64,000 nucleotides of DNA, from NCBI GenBank assembly GCA_964304625.1, contig OZ199840.1, positions 1,318,733 to 1,382,732 of the forward strand, in the 5' to 3' direction. The translations under genes were made by a program, and so were the position numbers. Shown here in pieces: positions 53,234-64,000 of this stretch; the stretch's first letter is position 1; the number at the start of each line of letters is the position of its first letter. A model generated the notes under the pieces. The model ran no database searches and had not been told where the DNA came from. It saw only the letters and a program-made list of their open reading frames with translations. Source of the stretch: Kudoa neothunni (Eukaryota; Animalia; Cnidaria).

Positions 53234-54622
53234 ATGTTGGTACCTTCGTTATTTTCTTTTTTCTTAGCAATTGTTACCGCTGGTGACAGATTTGATTCGC
53301 TATTTATATTTACCTATTTTGTAAAGAGAGAGCTTTACCTTCATATGATAAAGATGCAGGTCAGCCACCAGCTTGGTTGGGGACTGAGGAACTAAAAAAA
53401 CAGGCTGCCGTAGAAAGATGGTATATTGATAAAGCTGACGCAACTTGTAAACCTTTTACTTATCTTGGGTCTCTTGGAAATTTCAACAACTTTGTTTCAA
53501 GATCTGCCTGCAACGAGCATCGTATATGGCGATAAATTTATTTAAGCCATTAATACTGGAATAGTAAAATTCAAACCTGAAGAACAAGCAGACGCATGTA
53601 AGTTAGAGAAAGCAGACGGAGATTGTAGTCTAGCAGGTGACGAAAGGCTAACGAGGTGGTACTTCAAAAGGGAACCTGTTGAAGGAAAGAAAAACTCTTG
53701 CCACAGCTTCAAATACAATGGTTGTGGTGGAAACGCAAACAACTTTGAATCAAAAAAGGAATGTGAACAAGCTTGTCAAAGTAATTCCTTTATCAATTAA
53801 TGTAGAGTTTAAAGTCAATCAAGATTATAAAAATTATTTTGTAATTACGTTAATAGATAAGGAGAATGGTGAGATAAATGATGAAAGCGATCCTAAAAAA
53901 CTGACTCCAACTCCAAATGAATTCGATTGCAAATTTATACCTGAAGTAAAAACTCACGACCCCCAAATGGGAATTGTTCCTCACAAAGACGGAAACAAAT
54001 GCGTTTATGCTGCTGTTGGAAAGGAGGCCAAGAGAGGATTTTTCAATGATTTACCAACCTGCGTCAAGACTTGCATAAGTATATAATTCAAAATAATAAA
54101 TAATTAATTTATCTCAAATAGAAAATAAAGTTGCAGCTTGCAATGCTGACGGTCCATACCAAGCTCCATCAGATTCTGATGTTACAAGCGGCGCAAAAGA
54201 TTACTTCTACTTCAATAAAACCCTAGCATTATGTTTACCCTTCATGTCGAATACACCAACTGGGACGAACAAGATTGACGATGGTACATTAAACATATTT
54301 AGCTCAGTTGAACTCTGTGCTAGTTTCTGTCCCGCGAGTATACCAATAATTACGAATAAAGTGTGATAATATAAATTAAGCTGCTCATATTGGTCAATTA
54401 ACTGCGGTGGAGGCTTGTAAACTGCCAAAAGTTGGAGAGTCAAATACCGATGATAAATACAAAATTCCTAGATATTATTATGACCACAAGAAAGTATCGT
54501 CTGGATCCGAAAACAAAAAATGCACGGCATTTACTTTTAATGGAAAAGATATGAACCTGAATAATTTCAAAACCGACGAAGATTGCACCAATATCTGTGA
54601 GAATCCTTTGAAACCCGCCTAA
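53234..54622 (+). CDS. Secreted five-domain Kunitz/BPTI-type protein (one domain per exon)
   Basis: Signal peptide MLVPSLFSFFLAIVTA; exons encode RWY..C.PFTYLGSLGNFNNF...C, a canonical C..C..RWYF..C.SFKYNGCGGNANNF..C...C, and three further domains ending F...TCVKTC, NIF...LCASFC, NNF...DCTNIC; phase-1 introns. Confidence 0.92.
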
Positions 54623-55854
54623 TTATACCATCTACTTTTATATTATTAAGTTTAACATATTTATGAACCTTAATATACTGATACTCTTAGTTGCCATTAA
54701 TTATGAGTTTTTATGTCGTCAAAAGTACGCAGAATATCAATTAAAGCATTAATCATAATAGATTTTTATTGAAAAAATTCTATCAATACTTCCTAAAATG
54801 GGGATGAATCAGGACTTATCTCCTAAGGATGCGAAAAATATTGCCCTATAAAACTTTGCATCAAATATATATCCTAATTTTTATTAAATAAATCAATTAA
54901 TAGCCGAGAAAATATATTTTAGGAAATGTACCTGTGAAAAATAAATTATTGTAAAATCGTATTCAAAGCTTAGATTAATCTTCATTTATCTGATGATATT
55001 ACTCCATTATTACTTGCTTAACCGATACAGTTGTTCCAATCATATTTTTAAAAATAAAGAATTAATCAAATAATGAAAATATAACTTATAAGAAATATAT
55101 ATATTAAAATAAAGATTATATATTAATGATCGTAAAGTTGTGGGACGTGTGATTTTAAGCTCGGTTTTTGAAATTTGAATTCGAAGAGGTTAATTTTGTT
55201 CACAGAATGTGAGAAATAAGTAGGGAATGGAATTTTCGATTTCGATCGATTTAACACTCATACTGAGTTTGGGATAAAAAGTGACCCCAGAGAAAAATTC
55301 ACTTCTTAAAAGCTATATTCATCAGCATTAAAAACTCAAATTCATTGTTTTAAATCCACCTTTAAATGAGTTTGGGGTCGTTAGGAATCCAGAATAAATA
55401 ATTATATTATAACATTAATAACTTGACATAATAAATTAATTTAAATATTAACTTTGATATTAAAATCTTTCCAATGTTTTAGACCCTTCTAGGATTTTCT
55501 AGAAGGATCCTGGACGGCTGTGGGCATACCATGACCCGTTGGCCCCATCTTGTCCCATGATGTTCTCTTCGGCCATCGGGTGCGATAATAAGTTTACTAT
55601 AGAATTTATCTGTTTGGGATATATTTGGGATTCAGTTCCTCACTAAGATATTTTAAAAGCCAGACTAATATTAATTCATCCGTAAACATAAAGTTTCCGC
55701 ATTTTTTTATACTCAAGTTTAATAACTGTTTACGTTAGACTTACAATTAAAAACATGAATAATTAATAAATATGGCTAACAATATCTAGAAAATTAGAAA
55801 GAATAAAGCATATGAATTAATATAACTATGCGACGTCACACAAGCTATGAAAAC

Positions 55855-56058
55855 TGTTATAGTTTGGGATTAAGGCCGCGCAAAAGAAAGAGAACTGGAA
55901 TAAAATAGACTAAAGGTAGTGATGGTATTCCTCCCAGTTAAGTCGTGTCTATGTATATCTCCGTGTAGCGTGGGCCCTGCCTCGGTCTCCAACGGGTCGC
56001 CCACCCGGGAACGACTTCCCTCTTTATTGTGAAGGATCGTGATTCTCGGATTATGACA
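55855..56058. mobile_element. Solo LTR, 204 bp
   Basis: Termini TGTTATAGT...ATTATGACA (TG..CA, 7/9 inverted match), perfect 5-bp TSD AAAAC (55850-55854 and 56059-56063), GC-rich interior. Confidence 0.8.
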
Positions 56059-57705
56059 AAAACTAAAAACTCAATAAAATTGTAGAAGGAAACTTCTTTA
56101 TTTATATTTTTTGGGATGGCGCATATTATAAACAGATTAGCCCTATTTAAGTAATAAAATTACTCCGTTACAAACTACCTGATTCAATAATCTATTGAAA
56201 ATGAGCCATTTAATTCATTAGTTTGTTTGAGAATAATCAAGTTCGAAATATATTTTGCCTCGTTCTACTATACTTACAAAACTACTTGCTCAACCAATTA
56301 AACATATGATTCTTTCACAAGATATTTAATTCTAATCACAGTGGACACTGAAAAGCGAAAAATTGATAACGAGTTCCTTGTTTTTAATAAAGATTTGGTT
56401 GAAATGTATTTATTTGTACATACTCGCCCAACGTTGTTTGCCTTATTTATCATCATATCTGTGCAGTACTCAACAAATTATGTATATATTTTTATTAAAT
56501 TCTTTTAAAATAATTTCTTTTAGACTTGTGATCAAATTTTTTGTTATATAAATCTGTCTACGCAAACGTATAACTGTCCACCCCTGAACAAGAAGAAAAT
56601 ATAATGTTTAGTATCATTGAAGGAATTTCAAATGAACACGGCATTGAAAACGTAGCCAAACAGAATCAAATTTCGCGAAAATGAGATTCAAATAAAAGGA
56701 TAAGATGTTTCATTTTCCCAAGAGAGCATGTAACAAACGTTCAACTTGCCACTAAAATGGTATGAAACCTATGTTTAACCCTCATATACCAATATTTTGT
56801 GAAAATTGCATCAAAAATTATAATTAGATAATAATATTTTCCAATTTTTAATATTTTTATCGTTTGGACGGAGAAATTTTTTCGTATAACTACTATTTCT
56901 ATCCTGGGGGCAAAAACAACCCTAAACTCATATAAAGGTGAAGATTGTAGACTCACTACGAGTGTTAAACAAATCAAATTATCTTATTAAAGCTTCTATT
57001 TATTTAGATATACTCAACGTCATCATCTAATTGGGCGGTCGTAAGTTATTAAAAGTTAAATATGTTCAAGAATCAAATCATGATTTTGCGAGCGAATGAA
57101 TAAAATAATTTGAGAATATTTTGTTATGAAAAATATTTAAATTAAATTATATTCTTACAAATAATTGTATAAATGTAGGTCATGCTCGATTTAGATGCAT
57201 ACGAAAATATTTCACTAACATTTTTTATTACATAAATTTATTGAAATAACCGAGTCATAACTATTTGTTTTTGTAAGCTTACCTAATTACGAACAAAAAA
57301 AAATTAATCAGGAAAATCACGTAAGAATGATTAATTAATTGTAATCAATTTATTCATCTAAACTTAATTAATTAAATTGAAATATTCAGAAAATAAATAC
57401 AGATTAAAATTTTAAAGAAAGTAAGTTTGATTAATTTAATAAATCAAATTTTAATAGAAAATTATTTTAAATATATGCATACTATTTTTGTTTACGAATC
57501 GAACTAAGAGAACGAATGCTGCAACAATATATTAAGAATTAACGCCATTGTAATTATAGAGCAAAGAAAAATCAAAAGTTCAATAAAGCGATTGTTCTTT
57601 TTTATATGTAAAATTTATTGTAATATTGTAGAAAGAAGAAAATTATTATTAGGAAAAAATATTAGTAATTCAATTAACTAATAATTAAAATTCAATAATA
57701 ATGAA

Positions 57706-60675
57706 TTAATCCTTTTTCTTCTTCATTATCACGACACCAACTATCGCTATCACCAATACTCCAGCAACCGATGCAATAATTATTCTATAAGTAATTTATT
57801 TCATTATTTATTAATGCAAATATATGTACATTAGTTTTGTTTTTCCACTAAAAATAAATTAATTAAAATCAGATCATAATATTATATTTGTTACCCTGAG
57901 CTGCTTTTCGCTCCTACGAAATAAATGATTAAATTAGTTATATAACAAAAAAATATACCTTGCTGTATGTCAGCACCACCAAATATTTTAGAATCTTGAG
58001 CATTGTAAACAGTCAAATGATAATCGTTTCCATCAGGCAAATCATTTATTCTGAACTCTTTACAGGTTACGAATGTAGAACATCCATCCACATCAGCTCC
58101 CATGCAAGATTTTATAATTGCATTTGACATAATACTACTGTTACGTAATTCCCACTTACATTTCGATTGGTCATTCATGCTAGTTGGAAGATGAGAGTTT
58201 ATAATGAAATTATTCCCATCGCGAGTAATAGTGACTACTATCAATTTAGCAGAGTCGGTTGGATTTTCTTTTGGTGCACCTAATATAAGACTCATTTATA
58301 ATTAATTTCTCAATGATTATATTTATCTCTATAATTTAATACTTGAATCTATTGTATAATCTCTTTGAGATGACTTTCCGATTGCGGTGACTAATATTTT
58401 ATATTCCTTTGTTGCATCATAACCAGAAAATAATATGGAACTGCAAAGTGGATTCGATGAACATGTGTTTGAAGCTGAGTTTCGGTTATTAGCAATACCA
58501 GCAAGTTGTAAAACTGAATCTTCCGATAATGTAGATGTCGCAATTCTAGCAATGTTTGATTCTGTATGACCTAACATGGATGGAAGTTTTTTAGGGGTTT
58601 TTGGTGCTGCTGTAGAAGCAGGTGTGGTGACTCTCGTAACTGCTTGGCAAGTGTAAACGTCTTTATACTCGTTTCCATTCTTCTCTTTCACAGTATAACT
58701 GCAAGTTGCAATTGGATTTACTGCGGATAATTGTGCATTCAATATCAAACCATCTGATTTGATCTTATGTGTTATCGTCAATGTTGTTAGATCTAGTTAC
58801 AATAATTAAAAAATAAAGAGTAAATTTTAAGTTTAATAACCTGTTTTTACATTTTTATACTCAGTGATATCGTAATCTTTGTGTGCAATAACTCTGATAT
58901 CATATAGGGTATTTGGCTCGAGATCTTCTATTGTTACTTGGTCTCTACACAATCCTCTACATGGGTTACCGCTGGTGCACTTTGCTGGGAAAAAGGTATT
59001 CAATCCCGCAGGACTCGCCAAGTATTCACAAGTGGGTTCATTTGTTCTTGTGTTTTCTGCAGTTCCGCCAACAGCTGTAAAAGAAGCTGTTGTATCTGTT
59101 TTTGTTGGAGCAGTAGTTTGATATGCTTTACCGTCAGCTTGTTCTTAATAGTTCAAAATTAATTTAAAGTTAAATTGAGTAACTTACTTGTTCTTATGAA
59201 TATTTTTTCTTTAAAATCAGCCAGATTTGTTATGCCTGCTTCGACTTCAATCATGTACGCTTTTCCTGCATCGAGTTGTTGGATCACTAATTTATCGCAA
59301 GTCGTTTTGCACTTGCTGTCTTGTGAACTATCGCTATCGCATTTTGTATCAGTTAACGAATCTTTTCTGAGTTTATCAGCAGGGTAATGTTTGAGAGTGC
59401 ATGTGCTAAACTTAGGTTCTGCGCCTTGTGTTAGGGTGGTTACATCAAAAGTAACACCCACATTGGTGTAATCAGATAGTAATCCATCAGATGGTTCAGA
59501 AATAGCTAAGACAACGAATAAACTGAGATGGTAATTAAACGATTACCAAATTTTGTCTGTTTATAACCCTCCAAAGCGTCGCCAGCAGCCGCAATATTAT
59601 GATGTCTGGTTTGGATTAAAATGTCGTAGATTTTTTTACCTGCAATACCGTCTAGCACGACATCTTTACAAGGAGCATAACAGTTTTTACCAGCACCACC
59701 ACAAATAGACGTATACGTTTGAGCAACTTCACCAGTTTGGCCACTTTTAAGACTGAACAGACATATTTCAGATGATGGGGAATTGGTGAATTTAATTCCC
59801 ACTTTATTACCATCTTTGGCAACAATATAATACTGTGGTTCATAAATTGCAATATTTTTCTTCATATATTGATTAGGCATGCTGTAGAAGAAACTGGGAT
59901 AGTTTTCGCATCTCATTTCGTAATGTGGTAACAATAAATCAAATTCGACTTTATTATTAGTATTATTTGTATCGCAATTTATACCCTTTGTACCTACTAC
60001 ATACTGAATGTCTTTATAATAAATAGGACAATTCACAGGTGTGCAAGTTGCAGCTTCAAGTTTTAAGTTTTTATCCGTAGAATCCGTTGATACAGTAACT
60101 TGAGGATTAGCCAATAATGCTAAATTTAATTTATTAGTTGATTATTATAATTTTTATTATTTTACGTATCGCATATCCGAATACATTTCCACCATTTTCC
60201 TTTCCAGATGCTAAAACAGCAGTACTACTATCATCCACATTTACGTACACGTATTTGGTTCTTGGAGAAAGTTTATCGTATGTGATTATATTTTCATTAG
60301 TGCCACAATCGACAACACATTTATCATTTCCATGGGTTTGATCGGTGGCTGTACAACTGCTGATATCAATAAATGTAGCTGGTGTTGCCTTTGTTGCAGC
60401 GATTTCGGCCTCATTTGATCTCATTACGCGGCATTTTTTTCCAGCAGCATAATCAGAGCCACCGAGATTGATTTTAATTTTGTCTATCCTAGTAGTAATA
60501 TCTTGCATAATTTGGTAAGATAGAGTTTTTGTTGGAGGAGTGGATGTAGGTGAGGGACTTGGTGCGTTAGTGGCATTAACATTATTTGAAATGAAGAATA
60601 CTAAATTACGCATTATTATTACAATAAAACCATGTATACACCTAATATATAGTAGATGAATCCATCCATTAGCAT
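57706..60675 (-). CDS. Type-I membrane protein with six 4-Cys FN3-like modules, paralogue 2 (one apparent 1-nt deletion near 57970)
   Basis: Same exon structure, signal peptide and TM as 41143-44120; tail KKKKD*. Confidence 0.87.
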
Positions 60676-61665
60676 AAAAGACTTTATTATAGAACAATCG
60701 TTTGTTCGGGATTTACTCAAACGGATAATTCTCATTGGTAAAATTAACGAATAAATCATTTTCACGACGAATTAATTAAATGATTGATTCATTATTAATA
60801 TAATATTATATACAATCTTTATATATTAAATTTATGATTACCGTTTGTTATTCTAATAAATGCTAATACTGTTTTCAGATTTTAATTTTGTTAGGAAATT
60901 GAACCTGACCGAACGAAATTTATATTGATAATTAATAAATCTAACTAAGTTTAACATAAAAAAAATTATTTAATAGTATACAATCATGTCATTATTGAAC
61001 ACTCTATCCAGTTAATTTTTTAGCAGTGCAATTTTGTATCCGATATTTATAAGTTGGAATCATAGTTCTCGATAAAAATCGATTTTAGTCGTCGAATTTT
61101 TGAAAAAGTTTTGACTTTTATTTTCTGGGAATATTCGAAATCTCCCCAAAAACTTGAAATCTGTAGTAATCGGGGAGAATTTAAAAGTTTTCTTGTGGAA
61201 TGGATCGACACAGAGAAGGTTGAAAATAAATTAACCTGTAAATATTGCAAAGTGAAATTATCTCTATAAAAAAATAGAATTTACGAGAAAAAAATATCCA
61301 AGAAACATATTTCGTTAAAAAAGCGTTTCAAGATATTTATCTGCCAATTATTTTTACAGATATGGAAAAAACGCTAAATTTGAGAAAAATTTGATTTCAT
61401 TATAGTTATCGATGTATTTCCATTCTCGTTATTTAGTATGAAAAGTTTTGTTTGAGAAATTCTTTCGAAATTTTGTTAATATAAAATATTCAACTATTCG
61501 CGCGTGCGCTATACTGAACCAACATAAGCGTCGATTTTAGTAGTCGAATTTTTCAAAATAAACGTCAAAAACTGCGATCCCTATTTATAAGATTTCTAAC
61601 ACTTAACACAATTAATTATGAAATTTTTAATTAAAACGTTTGATAATGTTGAGTTTATGAATAGT

Positions 61666-61755
61666 TGGAAAGATTAAAGAATAATCATGTGTTATTGTTT
61701 AGTATATTGAGTGCAGAATCAAAATTCTATTATATTGAGATTAGCATCCGACTCA
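61666..61755. repeat. Second copy of the ~90-bp upstream block (see 48921-49011)
   Basis: Direct sequence similarity. Confidence 0.85.
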
Positions 61756-62459
61756 TGTATAATATTTTTACCTATATTATTAATTGAACCTTGCTTTTAC
61801 ACAAATAATTACAAAATTTGTCGGGAGAGATTTTCTTATTTTGCTGTTTATTGGAAAAATAAACTTACAAGGTATAAATCATGAATTAATGGCATTTCTA
61901 GACCTAAAAATTTTAGATGTTCCCCTTACATAACAAGCGGTCAATTAATCTCTTTTATTGTGCTTTATTTATTTTTGAGAAACGTAACGTAAATGTTTCC
62001 TATAATACTTAAGATAAAATAAATTTATTTATTTAAAAAGTTGTGTCTGTTTTGCCGGACGCGCATCTTCTTCTAAAATAATAAATCAATCATTATCATT
62101 TTTTCCAAAAAATATCTTATAAACGCAAAATATAAATTTAGTTTCATTAATTCAGAGACGTACTTTAACATATCTAATTTTTATCAATAAATCCAAATGA
62201 AACCAAGGTATAGTATAACTATTCGACTCATTCACTTTTTAAAATTCTTACAATAAGATAAATATTTCCACGGGATGAATTATACAATATTAAAATTTAA
62301 TAAAATATTCAACTTTTTAATTTGTAAATAAATGGTACTGTGCAACTACATAAAATTATGTTTGAATCCTGTATATCGACATTTTTGTTACATTATTATT
62401 ATCAACACAATAAAACATTTTTTTCTTAAAATCTATAACCGTTTGTAATATAACTTTTG

Positions 62460-63990
62460 GTCTACCTCTCAATTTCATCACAGATGGCAACTTTATTCCT
62501 ATAATTTCGTGGATTTCGCAACATGGATAAAATTCACATAGCTGTCAAAAATGGATATTTAACTGTAGAATCACTCACAGTATCTAAGATTTCCATATCA
62601 GTTATTTATGATGTGTTATTATCTCGAACTGTTTCTTGTATATCCATCCTCTCCTTTCATGATTCCTCATTAACGAAATGTAGAATAAGAATTTTACTAA
62701 AGGGACTCTCGTTACATTGTGGATCTGAAATTTCTTGATTGTTGCTGATAATAAATTCAGACGTTAACTTGAACTAAATTAAATTGATATATGAAAAGTG
62801 GAAAAAATGAGCTACCTTATCCATAGAATCCTCATTGAAAATAAGCGGGATTAATCCATCCAAAATCTTGTTGAGTAAATCATATTGAGTCTCCGTTTGT
62901 TCAGACCTCAGTGATGCTATTTTTTGCAAAGAATTTAAGCTTCAAATAAAGATTAAATGTAGAATTTGGAGCAGATTATTGACTCGAAATTTATGTAATA
63001 GCTGGTTGCACACTACACAAATGATTCTGAATATGAATATCTTTGATCATTTAAATAAATGATAGGGAATAATTCTGTTTCCATCTCCTATTTCAAATTT
63101 TTTGTCATATAAGTCCATATTCGTTTTCTACCTAGTAGAATTAATATGTCTGCATGGTAACTTCATATTTATGTAGAAGAAACATGTGCAAATAATGAAA
63201 TAGGTCTCGATTGAATTATTTATTTCAAGTTACATAATATTGTATGTATATGATGTTAATGATGTGATAATCTTATGTTGAAATCTGAGTTTGATTTTTC
63301 AACAATTTGAGTTGTAAGCTCTCTACCTAATATATCCTCCCGCTCAGTCTTCATATTTGATAAAAAAAATTAGCGAATCACTGACAAAAGTTCTATGGTT
63401 GAAATTTTTTCCAGAATATCCGATCCAATATCAAATGTGTTCGTGCTTTGAGTACGTATTCATTGATTCTTTAATCTATCCAACGTTCAAGAATGTATTA
63501 CCGACTTTTACGTCTGGTATAATATCTGGAATAAGTAGTGTTGGATCAGACTCTCCTTCCATAACGATTGAACACGGTATTATCAACGTTACAACCGCAC
63601 TCTAAGGATCATTTTACTCATTTATGACGTTACACTACGTAAAATAGCTTTAATAGAGAAATATAAACTGATTCATAGAAAACTTAACGTATTTTTTATG
63701 AATACTTACACGAAAATTAAAAATATCCTCGATGCATTTGGATGCCTAACTGTTAACTAAAAAATAAATGAACCTAAATTTATATTCTGCATTTATTAAA
63801 GATATTTTTATGGAAGAGATCATAACGACTGAATTATTATTTTAGAAGAAAAAGCGCGTCTGGCAAAATAGTCACTGCCGTAAATAAATGCTTCCAGGAT
63901 TATTATAGGATAGAAGTATTGACGTACAAGTTCTATCAGAGTACCGTTAGATATAATGTGTTATATCTTAGGCTAAAATAGGAAACCTCT
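62460..63990 (-). CDS. 3' part of an uncharacterised multi-exon gene, probably entering from beyond the window
   Basis: Short exon-like segments (SAVVTLIIPCSIVMEGESDPTLLIPDIIPDVK; LNSLQKIASLRSEQTETQYDLLNKILDGLIPLIFNEDSMDK; FKLTSEFIISNNQEISDPQCNE) bounded by GT/AG at intron-like spacing; frame not fully resolved. Confidence 0.45.
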
Positions 63991-64000
63991 AATACATTTA

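Noticed and set aside
55470-55660. Possible RTE-type LINE 3' remnant (RWGQRVM) on the minus strand
   Set aside because: Too short and degenerate to support without a profile search.
55900-56050. GC-rich island considered as an HDV-like ribozyme or ncRNA
   Set aside because: No nested double-pseudoknot pairing found by eye; better explained as the interior of the solo LTR.
61075-61560. Direct repeat CGATTTTAGTMGTCGAATTTTT at ~61080 and ~61532
   Set aside because: Probably part of a decayed TE, but no termini or TSD could be defined.

Overview
AT-rich eukaryotic (metazoan-type) genomic DNA with very short GT-AG introns (mostly ~30-75 nt) and fast-evolving proteins. This resembles a reduced parasite genome (e.g. 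orthonectid, myxozoan or dicyemid; the taxon is inference only). The left ~39 kb is a housekeeping block: ASF1, a fax/metaxin-like gene, a 5-Ig/2-FN3 NCAM/FasII-like receptor, an unknown gene, MRPL10, UBE4A, MRPS14, an orphan ORF, and SNF5/SMARCB1 head-to-head with AK6, interspersed with dead piggyBac and Helitron-like elements. The right part (~39-62 kb) is a transposon-dense island: hAT MITE, a Merlin>hAT>Tc1 nest, pogo MITE, Helitron ends and a solo LTR. Its only host genes look secreted or surface-exposed: two paralogues of a roughly 850-aa type-I membrane protein built of unusual 4-cysteine FN3-like modules, flanking a secreted five-domain Kunitz protein. The paralogues are a patchwork of near-identical and strongly diverged tracts with unalignable 3' flanks, the pattern expected from segmental gene conversion in a variant surface-antigen family; this is the top candidate for an undescribed system. 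Several genes carry 1-nt indels in homopolymers, most likely long-read assembly errors. Exon boundaries and identities were read by eye and are approximate.
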